64,000 nucleotides of DNA from positions 1 to 64,000 of the forward strand of contig JBDLRP010000026.1 in the NCBI GenBank assembly GCA_039799905.1, in the 5' to 3' direction. Shown piece after piece: positions 29,858-39,524 of the stretch. A program made the position numbers and the translations under genes. Under the pieces are notes generated by a model. The model had not been told where the DNA came from. It saw only the letters and a program-made list of their open reading frames with translations, and ran no database searches. Source of the stretch: Pseudomonadota bacterium (lineage in GTDB: Bacteria > Bdellovibrionota_B > Oligoflexia > Silvanigrellales > Silvanigrellaceae). Numbering within the stretch: position 1 is the first letter of the stretch; each line of letters starts with the position of its first letter.

Positions 29858-31630
29858 TCAGTCTTTACCAAACCTTTTGAACCTGACGTAGCTTTCCAAC
29901 TCTGGCGGCATAATGTTGAGTCCCTGTGCTTCTGACAAAAACTGCAACACGCCGACTTGCCAGTCGCCCACCATGGCCTGCGCATTCGATTTGGCACCTG
30001 AGTTGGTCCTCAAACCCCAGTCAACACCTCCTGTCGTCCACTCGAGCCCTTTCGTCTGTTCACCAAGCGTCTGCAAAGGCGAATCCACACCATAGGATTC
30101 GGAATTGATGACGTTCAACGGAGCGTGCAATGCGTCATCGAGGCCACCCTCGCCCTTTGGACCAAGCAGCATTGCAAAGGATGAACCGGAACCATCACCC
30201 ATGTCGCGCGTACGGCCGCCGTCGCTCACCACCATGACCAATGCCTTGCGCCCTTGAATTGCATTGCTCAACATGTTGAGGCCGATGGCGAGTTGCCGCA
30301 TGCCCTCGACATAGTTGAGGGCGTTGTAGGAACTGGCGATGCCGTTGATTGGGTTGTCGATATTGGCGCCGTCAAGATCGTTGACGTTCATGAACAAAGA
30401 AAAGTTCTTATATGGCTGCCCTTCAATCTTCAGTGCGTTTGCAACAAACGCACATTGCGCAAGGAACTCCTGCTTGGAATCGACTACTTTGGCCTTTCTA
30501 TCAGAAGTAACAAAGTCCGCCTGCCTGTTGCCAATATCCGCCGCGGCGACACCGGTGTATGTTAACGGCTTGCCTTCCTCTGCAGCCACTTTCAACAGAC
30601 GCTCGCGGACAGCACGGATCTTCTCGCGTGAGCTCAGGATCGCCTCACGCCGCTTCGGGTCGAACACAGAAATTTTGTCAAAAATGAGTGACAGGTTTTT
30701 ATCGGAATTGTTTTTCAGCGAACGATAGTCGCCAAAGTCATCCGACAGACTCTGACTCAGGTTCTGCACCACCCGCGAAACACTGCGTCCGACAACTTCA
30801 AATCGCGCATTTTCACTGCTGGACAAACCACTATAAACCACATTGAATTCGACGCTGCCGTTAGCGTCATACTGATCGCCCATCATGAACGCAGTGATAC
30901 CGAGCGGACTCTTCACGAGCCCCTTCAGACCAGCAAAATGGTTCACATCACACAGCGACGGGCGAATTTTAGTCAGAGTCAAATTGTGCACGGCAAAGTT
31001 GTTGAATCGTTGCAGACCAATCCCTGTCTGGATTGCGACGTTGGAAGGAAAACGGCCGACGTATTCATCGTACCCGAGCGCATTTTGGCCCGAGTTGTTT
31101 TTTTCCTTGCCGTCGAATGTTCCATTGAGCATCATGTTGCCAAACCATTTGTTGAACCTGAGCGATGCAAAACGCGGATCATCAGACAAATCCGTGATCC
31201 CATTATCTTTCAGATACTGCTTCGACTCGCTCGCCTTGTTAAGCGCGGGATGTTCCGCATTACCTGCAAACGTCGTATTCTTGCCGTCTTCTGTCAGTTT
31301 GCCGAGTGCAAATACAAGTGGGGTGTGAACTTGGTCGAAAATTTTGATGGTAATGAGAGTCCAGTCATCGGATGAGGATTGCGCGTAGGCTTCGTTCAAC
31401 TGCAGCATGGCCGCAAGCTGCGCTGCGGAGCCTCTTTTTCCGAGCATTCCTGTGAGTTCATAGGAGTCTTTGACCCACCACTGCGGGTAAGGATGCAGCG
31501 ATCCTGTTAGCAGTCTGTTCCAGTTGGGCACATGAATCATCTGACCAACGCTGTCCAATAGGACACTCGTCAGTCCGGCACCGACGCCCCATTTGAGTAA
31601 ATCCCTTCGTGACCAGTTCCTTGATGACAT
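29858..31630 (-). CDS. Tat-exported DUF1501/DUF1552-like protein
   Basis: SRRDLLK twin-arginine motif; LVMVVSDGGRT resembles DUF1501 VVxSEFGRT; RBS GGAGAGG. Confidence 0.65.
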   Translation of the reverse strand: MSSRNWSRRDLLKWGVGAGLTSVLLDSVGQMIHVPNWNRLLTGSLHPYPQWWVKDSYELTGMLGKRGSAAQLAAMLQLNEAYAQSSSDDWTLITIKIFDQVHTPLVFALGKLTEDGKNTTFAGNAEHPALNKASESKQYLKDNGITDLSDDPRFASLRFNKWFGNMMLNGTFDGKEKNNSGQNALGYDEYVGRFPSNVAIQTGIGLQRFNNFAVHNLTLTKIRPSLCDVNHFAGLKGLVKSPLGITAFMMGDQYDANGSVEFNVVYSGLSSSENARFEVVGRSVSRVVQNLSQSLSDDFGDYRSLKNNSDKNLSLIFDKISVFDPKRREAILSSREKIRAVRERLLKVAAEEGKPLTYTGVAAADIGNRQADFVTSDRKAKVVDSKQEFLAQCAFVANALKIEGQPYKNFSLFMNVNDLDGANIDNPINGIASSYNALNYVEGMRQLAIGLNMLSNAIQGRKALVMVVSDGGRTRDMGDGSGSSFAMLLGPKGEGGLDDALHAPLNVINSESYGVDSPLQTLGEQTKGLEWTTGGVDWGLRTNSGAKSNAQAMVGDWQVGVLQFLSEAQGLNIMPPELESYVRFKRFGKD

Positions 31631-31654
31631 GTTCCTCTCCCCTGAGCTTCTCTC

Positions 31655-32491
31655 TTATTTCGAGGTTGCAAAGGCATACGAACTCAACAAAGCTGCAACT
31701 GCGCGACGGCGCCTCTTGAGCCCATCTTCCGTCGAATCGGGAGCACCGCAATTCTCCGCTGAGTACAGCTCCTTAATAGCGCTTTGATAGGCTTCGCTCG
31801 CCGGCGAAAATTGCGGCAGGCAGCGGGCCAGCATTTGTTTTGCCGAGATTTCATCTGCGCAATAACAATTGGAAGAAGGGTCCTTCACATCACAATTGAA
31901 TGCGACAACACTTGCAACCGTCACCAGCGACTTCAGATAGATCTCATCTTCAAGACTGTCCGCGCGCAGACCAGTTCGGGTGGAGCCGATATCCAGAAAT
32001 TCACCCTCGACGTCCAAAACACTCTTGCCGACAGCCGCCGCATAGACAGTCTGGCTGAGAAACCTGTTGCGGCCGGTGTTGTTAGGAAACTTCGTTAGGT
32101 TGTTCTGATCGATGAACTGCTCCTCGTAACCGAGCATGTCATCGACCACCTTAAGAATGGACTCGTCACCTGCTTTGCCGACACACGAAAAGATAGCATC
32201 TTTGAGCTGAACCAAATTTTTTCGTTGCCGTCCCTCGGCATAGTTGGTGGTCAGTTCGAGTGATTTGGCCTTTTCAGCAGCTGCATCTGCGTCGCTCGTT
32301 TTGTTATCGTTTGGGGTGCTTTGTGGCTGATTTTGCGCCTCGATAGGTGCTCTCTTCACTCCACTTGGAAGCTCAATTGCTTTGGGATTCGACTTGAATC
32401 GTTCCATACTGCACGCAACGGTTCCAACCAAAACCGTGCTTGCAACAAGCAGAAATTGAAAGCGTCGGGCATGACTCTTCCAGAACAACAT
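31655..32491 (-). CDS. Cys-containing hypothetical lipoprotein
   Basis: ATG overlaps the upstream stop (TGATG); lipobox TVAC. Confidence 0.75.
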   Translation of the reverse strand: MLFWKSHARRFQFLLVASTVLVGTVACSMERFKSNPKAIELPSGVKRAPIEAQNQPQSTPNDNKTSDADAAAEKAKSLELTTNYAEGRQRKNLVQLKDAIFSCVGKAGDESILKVVDDMLGYEEQFIDQNNLTKFPNNTGRNRFLSQTVYAAAVGKSVLDVEGEFLDIGSTRTGLRADSLEDEIYLKSLVTVASVVAFNCDVKDPSSNCYCADEISAKQMLARCLPQFSPASEAYQSAIKELYSAENCGAPDSTEDGLKRRRRAVAALLSSYAFATSK

Positions 32492-34485
32492 CAGTTGCCT
32501 CCCGATGATTTGCACGAGAAAGTTTCCGAAGCAAAGTACGACTGAAAGATAGGCAGCAGCTGTCCGTTTCCGGACTTCCACGCATTCAGCACGCCCTCAA
32601 TGATTTCTTGGTTTGTGGCATTCAGGTTGCTCATCGCGCGCGGAACGATGCGTGACAATCCGCGCGCGAGCACAAGATCATCTGTTACATAAAACTTATA
32701 CAGGTCTTCAACTGACGTCACAGAAACCGTTCTGCCGTTTTCCTGGACGCAGCCACGCTCCTGACCAGCGCCGTTACCAATGTTCAACCACTCAATAAAC
32801 ACAGTCTCGTCGACCGGCTGAGGTTTTGTGGCGTCTGGCGGCAGGTTGCCCCAGTTGTTGCCACCTTCAACAACTCCGTTTTGATCGGTCTTCGAACGTG
32901 CCTCAAGGATATAGGATTTGAGAAGCTTTTCCTGAGCGGGACGCTCCGCTCCGCCTTGCATCACCCAGTCCAAATAATGAACACTGTCATTGCCGACCTT
33001 CACAGGCTCACCCAGCCACTCACCAATCGGTCCGAACGGACGGAACGCGATTGATCCCGATGCAAGCTGGCGGTTAATGTGACAGCCCTGACAGAAGTTG
33101 CCCGTTGCGGGAACCTTCGCAGCACCGCGCGGCGCGTATTTACCTTCGCCCTGCGCAAGAACTCGCCAGTCGTTTGTGACAAAACAAGTCGGAAGATCGT
33201 TGATCTTTCCACCCGTCTCGCCCTGAGTATTGGGCAGCAATGTCTCGCCGCGAATGACTTCGTTCATTGCAGCGACACGTCCGTAATTGTTGTTTTCAAA
33301 GAACATCGACGAAGGTTTTGATGCCAGAAATCCCAACGTGGTAAAATACGTTCCGCGTGGAGCTGCCATAGTGCACTCGACGTATTTCTTGTTTGCATTC
33401 TCAGGCAATTTGACTTTGTCGATGCAGTCCTGTCCATAGTAAGGCGCGGTCAGCTTGGTTGCGAAAACGCGCGAGGTTTGCAAAATCTCCTTGTAGGACT
33501 TGCCCTCGTTCACCATCGCCTTGACAAGCTCGTAGAACTCACCAGCGATGTCATCGCGCAACGCGCTGTCAACAATAATTTGCGATTGTCTGATACGACC
33601 TGACGAACTGATCTTCTCAGCAAACTCCCTGAGACCGTACTCGAGAAATTCCTTCTTCCACTCGCCTGCCAGACGAGCCACGGCCTTTTCACGCATTTCC
33701 TTGGTGACAGTGCCGTCGATCTTTCCGAACGACTCAAGCTCTGACTGCCGGAGCGAACGCCCCAGCGCGTCTTGCGCCAGACGGTTTAAAAAGTCACGAC
33801 CGCTGACAAGCGACGAACACGAATATTGAAAATTGACCGGCACGCCGATCGACAAGTCTTTTACGTGATACTTGGCGCGCGCATCGGCAACAACAAACGG
33901 CAGGCGCGATTGGAACCACGCCAGCACACGTTTGAAATCTTCGGCTTGTTCGCCCTTCATCGGAACCAGATAAGGCATCCCTTTGGGTTTGCCGTCCATC
34001 TGACCCAACAAATTGTTTTCAATGGATTGGAAAACTTCGACCGAGAATTGATCGGCCTCGATCTTGGCAATCAACTTTTCCAGCGAGTCGTTGTTGTCGA
34101 CGACTTTTTCGAAAGTTTCCTGGGTGGCGGGATCTGTGCCCTGCGCAAGCAGCTCCGCAACCGTAGGTAAATCAAATTCTACAGGCATTGGCCAGAAACT
34201 GCGCTTATCCTGCCCCGCGCCATGACATCCTTTACAGCTTTGTCTCAGCAGCGTCATGACTGTCTTGGCGTCATGCGGAACCACAGGAACCGGCGTGGGT
34301 GACGCGGTGGGCTCGATCGTTGTTTTCTGTTGAATGTTGGACGAGGACTTACAGTTGCCGACGGCACAGATTGTTTTGTCGCCGACGTTGTTGATCGAGC
34401 AAGCACCCACCAGCAGCATGGCAAACAAACTGGTCAGTCCAGAGAAAACCGCCGTTTTTTTGATGCTAAACCGCTGTGATTGCAT
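32491..34485 (-). CDS. Di-heme cytochrome c lipoprotein with DUF1592/DUF1588/DUF1585-like modules
   Basis: Lipobox VGAC; CKGCH and CQGCH; FLNRLAQDALGR, KSYKEILQT...APYYG, RGTYFTTLGFLA and AFRPFGPIGEW segments; RBS GAGG. Confidence 0.75.
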   Translation of the reverse strand: MQSQRFSIKKTAVFSGLTSLFAMLLVGACSINNVGDKTICAVGNCKSSSNIQQKTTIEPTASPTPVPVVPHDAKTVMTLLRQSCKGCHGAGQDKRSFWPMPVEFDLPTVAELLAQGTDPATQETFEKVVDNNDSLEKLIAKIEADQFSVEVFQSIENNLLGQMDGKPKGMPYLVPMKGEQAEDFKRVLAWFQSRLPFVVADARAKYHVKDLSIGVPVNFQYSCSSLVSGRDFLNRLAQDALGRSLRQSELESFGKIDGTVTKEMREKAVARLAGEWKKEFLEYGLREFAEKISSSGRIRQSQIIVDSALRDDIAGEFYELVKAMVNEGKSYKEILQTSRVFATKLTAPYYGQDCIDKVKLPENANKKYVECTMAAPRGTYFTTLGFLASKPSSMFFENNNYGRVAAMNEVIRGETLLPNTQGETGGKINDLPTCFVTNDWRVLAQGEGKYAPRGAAKVPATGNFCQGCHINRQLASGSIAFRPFGPIGEWLGEPVKVGNDSVHYLDWVMQGGAERPAQEKLLKSYILEARSKTDQNGVVEGGNNWGNLPPDATKPQPVDETVFIEWLNIGNGAGQERGCVQENGRTVSVTSVEDLYKFYVTDDLVLARGLSRIVPRAMSNLNATNQEIIEGVLNAWKSGNGQLLPIFQSYFASETFSCKSSGGN

Positions 34486-34508
34486 GCTCACCTCGCAACT
34501 TGTGGGCA

Positions 34509-34535
34509 ATATCGGCAGTTTTTTAAAATGATTGA
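34509..34535 (-). promoter_or_regulatory. Sigma28 (FliA)-like promoter of the cytochrome/DUF1501 operon
   Basis: TCAA-N15-GCCGATAT, 24 nt upstream of the ATG at 34485. Confidence 0.6.
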
Positions 34536-34629
34536 AAAAATATTTAAGCTTTATGGACTTTCGCCAAGTTGCAGCCATCAGGCCACTAAAAAAGCTGATT
34601 AATTTTGGTGGGAAAATGAGATAAAAAGA

Positions 34630-34706
34630 TGGTGCGCCCGCCCTGATTCGAACAGGGGACCCCCGCCATGTCAAGGCGATACTCTAACCAGCTGAGCTAC
34701 GAGCGC
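34630..34706 (-). tRNA. tRNA-Val(GAC)
   Basis: GCGCTCGTAGCTCAGCTGGTTAGAGTATCGCCTTGACATGGCGGGGGTCCCCTGTTCGAATCAGGGCGGGCGCACCA folds as a cloverleaf; upstream TTGACT-N17-TATCGA. Confidence 0.96.
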
Positions 34707-34846
34707 ACGAGGCAGCCCCTTCGATAGCCGCAGTGGCTCGTGAAGTCAAGCCCGTCACCGCAAAGAAGCAGTCGACAGTAAACTTGCAGGTATTGCAGAA
34801 CTTTGTACGCTTGACGGAACGCCCACACAACCGACGGAGCCTCCTC

Positions 34847-35560
34847 ATGGTGCAGAAAAATTATAATGTTGTCGCTGGTTTCAATATTATTGCCCCTGCT
34901 TATGACCTTGCCAATGATGCAATGACATTTGGGCTCCATCGTCTGTGGCGAGCCAAGCTCTGCAAAACCGCGGCCCTACTGACTCCACAAAAGGGCCGCC
35001 TGCTCGACGTGGCGACAGGCACTGGAGATGTTTTGCTTGGCATTCTGAAACACCGCGGCGACATCTCAATCACGGGAGTCGACCCATCCGAAGGCATGCT
35101 GCAAGTTGCCCGCGAGAAACTCGAAAAACGTGCGAACCTCTACAATGATACTGTGCACGTTCAGACCGCCGATGCGCGCAATCTGCCATTTCCCGACAAC
35201 TCTTTCGACGTCGTTACAATTTCCTGGGGTATCCGCAATGTGAATCCCTTTCAGGAGGGCCTGCGCGAAATGTTGCGCGTGCTCAAGCCCGGTGGCTCCC
35301 TCGTCGTTTTGGAGAGCGGTAAACCAGAATTGAAACCGATTGGTACAGCCTACAAGTACTATTCTAAACTATTGCCGTTTATTGGTGGACGCATTTCGGG
35401 CTTCATGCCGGCCTACAGATACTACACTGAAACCGTCGAAGCATTTCCGTCGGGAGCGCAGTTCGTAGGTGAATTGTTTGAGTGCGGGTTTGTGAAAGCG
35501 GCTTACAAGGGACTCGGCGGAAGTATCGTTTACTTATACACAGCTCAAAAACCCCGCTAA
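34847..35560 (+). CDS. ubiE: UbiE/MenG-family quinone C-methyltransferase
   Basis: YDLANDAMTFGLHRLWR, LDVATGTGD, LPFPDNSFD, WGIRNV and RVLKPGG motifs. Confidence 0.9.
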   Translation: MVQKNYNVVAGFNIIAPAYDLANDAMTFGLHRLWRAKLCKTAALLTPQKGRLLDVATGTGDVLLGILKHRGDISITGVDPSEGMLQVAREKLEKRANLYNDTVHVQTADARNLPFPDNSFDVVTISWGIRNVNPFQEGLREMLRVLKPGGSLVVLESGKPELKPIGTAYKYYSKLLPFIGGRISGFMPAYRYYTETVEAFPSGAQFVGELFECGFVKAAYKGLGGSIVYLYTAQKPR

Positions 35561-36729
35561 GCCTCGCCGTCACTACCGACAAAACGCAAAACGCTGATTT
35601 CACAATTGGTACCAAGCCGCATCGGCGGCCCCCAAAAACCCGTCCCTTCGCTGACGTAGAGACGGGTTTTTGTGTTTTTTATCGTGTAAAGACCGGTGTT
35701 ATAAGTCTGGTCGCGATAAACAAAAAAATGCAACGGCCAGAACTGGCCGCCATGGGTATGCCCAGATATCTGCACATCGATCCAAGGAAATTTTTCAACC
35801 GCAGGCGCGTCTTTGGGCTGATGTGCCAGAAGGATGTTGAGCGAATCGCCAACCTCACCCTCCGCGATTCGGCTGACGGCTTCCTGCAAACGGGTGTCCT
35901 TCCGAGTCAGGCCGTTGCTCTGCCGCAACCACGACCTGTCCTCAATTCCAATCACATTGACACGATGACCTTGAACATCGATCTGCTTTGATGAGTTGGA
36001 CAGCACCGTCCAGCCGAGTTCATTTGCGCAGAAGTCCCGCCATTGTTTGGGATTGCTGTAGAACTCATGATTTCCCGTCACATAGAAGACACCAAGTCTG
36101 GCTTTGAGCTCTTTGAGTGGAAGCACATCGTTGCGTAACTGCCGAACGCTGCCGTCGACCAGATCACCAGTTACAAAAATAAAGTCCGGCATCAAAGAGT
36201 TCACCGTTTGAGTGAGGCGCCTCATCCGGCCAGCTCCCACGAGCCCGGCCACGTGCACATCCGAAAGCACCACAGCGGTCAGCTTCTCCAGTTCCGGATG
36301 AAGCTTTTTTCCAACAGGAATAACTTGATAGCGAAGCTTTTCGGGGCGGATTATTTTGCTGATCGAACGCCATGCCAAGACCGTTGTCACACCCCAGACA
36401 AAAAACGCCAAATGTGTTTCGGCCTGCCCAACGAGCTTGAGAGTAACGCTCACAGGAAGAGTGGCGGCACACACCAGCATCAGCAAATAAGCGAATCCCA
36501 TCCAAGTGAACATAATCATTTCGAGCAGGCTGCGCATGCGGCGCGGCACCGCGCGGGCAACTGGAAAACCAAAAACGGTCATTGCCCAAAGGCCGACCAT
36601 CACCGAAAGACCGGTGCCGTGTTGATGCGGTGCAAGCAGCGGATCTATCGCGCGCTGAAACAGATAGAAATGCACCAGACTGGTAATACACAGCCAAACA
36701 ACAATGGCGAGAAACAGTCTGATAATCAT
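35557..36729 (-). CDS. Membrane-anchored metallophosphoesterase (YkuE-like)
   Basis: N-terminal TMs; SDVH, TGDLVD, GNHE, LAHQP and SGHTHGGQ motifs. Confidence 0.9.
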   Translation of the reverse strand: MIIRLFLAIVVWLCITSLVHFYLFQRAIDPLLAPHQHGTGLSVMVGLWAMTVFGFPVARAVPRRMRSLLEMIMFTWMGFAYLLMLVCAATLPVSVTLKLVGQAETHLAFFVWGVTTVLAWRSISKIIRPEKLRYQVIPVGKKLHPELEKLTAVVLSDVHVAGLVGAGRMRRLTQTVNSLMPDFIFVTGDLVDGSVRQLRNDVLPLKELKARLGVFYVTGNHEFYSNPKQWRDFCANELGWTVLSNSSKQIDVQGHRVNVIGIEDRSWLRQSNGLTRKDTRLQEAVSRIAEGEVGDSLNILLAHQPKDAPAVEKFPWIDVQISGHTHGGQFWPLHFFVYRDQTYNTGLYTIKNTKTRLYVSEGTGFWGPPMRLGTNCEISVLRFVGSDGEA

Positions 36730-36736
36730 TCAGGCC

Positions 36737-38125
36737 TCAGAGAAATCTTTGATAAACGACGCGGAACGGAGCCTTTTGCGAGTCAGGAATTCTGCTTCCG
36801 CCGGCAGAATCGCCGCCCGAAGGGTCAGGGGGTGTGGCCCCATCCGCTGCCGGAGTCGGAACAGGTGCAGCAGCGGCGTCCTTTTTATCTTTGCGCAGAT
36901 TGTCGACAGCTGAAATATTCTTTTCAACAATCAACTGATACGTGCGCTCTACTTTACCAGACACACCGCGCACATTGACTCTGTAAAGCTGAGTTTTCCA
37001 GCCCAACACACGCGATCTGATTTCAGTTGTCATGCGTTCCTGCGAGGTGATCAGGTCATTGAGTTCCTGAGGCTTGGAGACTGTGACTCCCTCTGCGCGC
37101 TTGTCCTCAATCTTGTCGACAATAGTGTCTTCAATCTCGCGTTCCGGAGGGGTCACCAAAGCGGCCAGCAACTCGATTTTGGCAACGTTTATGTCCAGCA
37201 GCTTACTGTCCTTCGGGGCAATCGGCCAAATTGTGAAATATGGTGAAAAGACGTTGAAAATCTCATCATCATTAAAGCCCGGAACTTTGCGCAGCTCCTC
37301 AAGTGACTCCAACGCGGCGTTCTTTGGACGTCCGCTGACACGTCCGGGACCATCTCCATATTGGGATAATTCATCGCCCGCATCCGCGGAATCGATTTTG
37401 TCCCTATCGATGAAGTCTTTGATGTTTGCCGCAAGACGGCGCGGAGGAAACCCCTTCTCTTCCAGCCAACGCGCCTCGCGCGGGGTGGAAAAAATCCGTA
37501 CCAGCGATTCAAAAGCAACATCCATTGCCGGCTGGAAACTGAAAAGATTCACATTGAACTTTGCACTCTCATTGCTGACATCAATGACAAAATAACCCTG
37601 AATGTTGCGCAGCGCGTCAAGCAGGTCATCATCTAGACTCGCACTGATATTGATCTTGGAGAGATCCTTGATTTCATCGAGCCCCTGCGAACCAATCGGA
37701 AATCCGTTGAGAAGCTCCGAAAGATTCTTTCCACCCAGCTGACTTTTTACCAGTGCGGGAACAGCCGACAGCTGTGCGGCCACCGGTGCGGGTAAATTCT
37801 TGTTCTCGCCGACATCGTTGACCTGGCTTTCAAGGGAGATCAAAAAAAGTGCAAATTGTGCGCCGGTCAGCGCGGCACTTTCGGCGCGCATTCTGTCTTG
37901 TTCACCGACGGAGCTGCGCACGGTTATTTGCGCCTGAAAAAACACCTCGCCCATCACGGCAATGATGACGCCAACGAGCGAGAGCACAAAAATCAGCGCC
38001 ATTCCCCGCTGCGAATTCCGCGCAGACGGAGTTTCCCCAACTGGCGCAGAAGGCCGCCGCAGTCGGGCTTTCACTGAGGCGATTGTACGGTGCAACGTGT
38101 TGAGTGACCATTGACCAATCATCAT
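36737..38125 (-). CDS. gspK: Type II secretion minor pseudopilin GspK
   Basis: QRG|MALIFVL, ESAKFNVN, DFIDRD and PKNAALESLEELRKVPG motifs. Confidence 0.85.
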   Translation of the reverse strand: MMIGQWSLNTLHRTIASVKARLRRPSAPVGETPSARNSQRGMALIFVLSLVGVIIAVMGEVFFQAQITVRSSVGEQDRMRAESAALTGAQFALFLISLESQVNDVGENKNLPAPVAAQLSAVPALVKSQLGGKNLSELLNGFPIGSQGLDEIKDLSKINISASLDDDLLDALRNIQGYFVIDVSNESAKFNVNLFSFQPAMDVAFESLVRIFSTPREARWLEEKGFPPRRLAANIKDFIDRDKIDSADAGDELSQYGDGPGRVSGRPKNAALESLEELRKVPGFNDDEIFNVFSPYFTIWPIAPKDSKLLDINVAKIELLAALVTPPEREIEDTIVDKIEDKRAEGVTVSKPQELNDLITSQERMTTEIRSRVLGWKTQLYRVNVRGVSGKVERTYQLIVEKNISAVDNLRKDKKDAAAAPVPTPAADGATPPDPSGGDSAGGSRIPDSQKAPFRVVYQRFL

Positions 38126-38958
38126 TGCACCCAGCTCATTTCAGTTTTTGGCTCTTTAAGATCGGCCTGTCCGGCCGTGTACATCAGATAAACAATCGTA
38201 CTGAGAGTCAGTGTTGCCCGTTCAGGCAACTGCGAACTATTGTTTTCTTCGCGCAATTGCTTGGCAAGCGGGTCTTCAGGTGTGAAAACTGTCAACTCGA
38301 CTTTCACCAATTTTGGCATTCTTCTTCCGAAATCGCTGCGCTCGGTGTTCCAATCCTGTATAAAATCTTGCCCGTTCCATGCACTGAACTTCAATTCTTT
38401 GAGATCATTTACGAGGACCTGCGAAACACCGTCCAAAACGGCGTCGTCTGAAATTTTTTTCACCGCCGGATCAACAATCCTGACCAACTGCTTCAACTGC
38501 GACAGAGAGTCTCCCTGCGGACGGCAGACTTCCGACGGAGCGGAGCTATCCGGACAAACAAGGTACTGCACATATGCGATGTTGGACTCTGGGCGGTTGG
38601 CAATCAAAGACTGATGGGCCTGACTCATGAACAATAATCGCGGATTGTTGTTGAGTACGAACATCGGCCGACCAATCAGGTCGCTGCTCGAACGCGCTGC
38701 CTGTTCATCGTTGCCTGTCGCAAAATAAGCATGCCGCAAATCGTCGGTGATACGCATCATCGCGGCATGTGCCGAATGAATTGCCTCGTTCGCCTGCTGA
38801 AGACGATTTCTTGTCTCAATCTGATTAGACATGGCCGTGACAGCATATAGCGAAAGCGATGCAATGATGCCAACTGAAATGACAATTTCAATCAGCGTAA
38901 ATCCACTCTCACGATTACGTGCTTTGCTCGCCTGTAAAGATTTTTCAGTCTGTTTCAT
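38122..38958 (-). CDS. gspJ: Type II secretion minor pseudopilin GspJ
   Basis: ESG|FTLIE prepilin motif; DW...MPKLVKVEL; gene position. Confidence 0.8.
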   Translation of the reverse strand: MKQTEKSLQASKARNRESGFTLIEIVISVGIIASLSLYAVTAMSNQIETRNRLQQANEAIHSAHAAMMRITDDLRHAYFATGNDEQAARSSSDLIGRPMFVLNNNPRLLFMSQAHQSLIANRPESNIAYVQYLVCPDSSAPSEVCRPQGDSLSQLKQLVRIVDPAVKKISDDAVLDGVSQVLVNDLKELKFSAWNGQDFIQDWNTERSDFGRRMPKLVKVELTVFTPEDPLAKQLREENNSSQLPERATLTLSTIVYLMYTAGQADLKEPKTEMSWVQ

Positions 38959-39524
38959 TTGGTGAGTCCTGGTATACCGATGTGAACTGCTTTGCGATCA
39001 ATCAACAGCATTCCAAGATCCAATGACCTCGTCTGCGAACCATCATTCCAGACTGCAGTCAGGCTGATGGTCCGGTAGATGTCATCCGGCAGCTGTGAAT
39101 CGAGCATTTCACCGAAGGCTTTGAACTTGTCTTCTCCGCCGCTCTCTTCAGCCGCTCCGGTCAGGCCCTGCCCAAGCCGGAGACTGGCTGACAAAAACTT
39201 TGATGCTTTAATGTTGGCCTGCCGGTTTTTATATTCGAACCTCAGTGGATCGGAGTCATCGCCGTTGAGTTTGAGAGGGTTGGGACCCGAAGTTTCGGGA
39301 GGGAGCCCCTTCACGCCCTTGATGTCGGAAATGTATTCAATCTGCGAACTCAATGAACGCAGCGCCCATGTGGCCTGAATGTTGGCCTTGGTGTTTTTTG
39401 CCACCGCAAGCGAACTTGCCTGCACCCCGACGATTTGTGAAAAAACAGTGACTAAAACGCCAATCGACAAAAGCGATTCCAAAAGGGTGAAACGGGACTG
39501 CCGAGTGCCGTTGTTACCTTTCAC
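38955..39524 (-). CDS. gspI: Type II secretion minor pseudopilin GspI (atypical cleavage site)
   Basis: GTG start overlapping the gspH end; QSR|FTLLE plus hydrophobic helix; lies between gspH and gspJ. Confidence 0.65.
   Translation of the reverse strand: MKGNNGTRQSRFTLLESLLSIGVLVTVFSQIVGVQASSLAVAKNTKANIQATWALRSLSSQIEYISDIKGVKGLPPETSGPNPLKLNGDDSDPLRFEYKNRQANIKASKFLSASLRLGQGLTGAAEESGGEDKFKAFGEMLDSQLPDDIYRTISLTAVWNDGSQTRSLDLGMLLIDRKAVHIGIPGLTK

Noticed and set aside
34486..34674. N-terminal extension of the cytochrome ORF as called in the track
   Set aside because: It runs through tRNA-Val; the ATG at 34485 has an RBS, a lipoprotein signal and a promoter
34630..34706. tRNA-Val as the integration site for the downstream operon
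   Set aside because: No duplicated tRNA 3' end or integrase was seen, and the operon composition looks like core DNA
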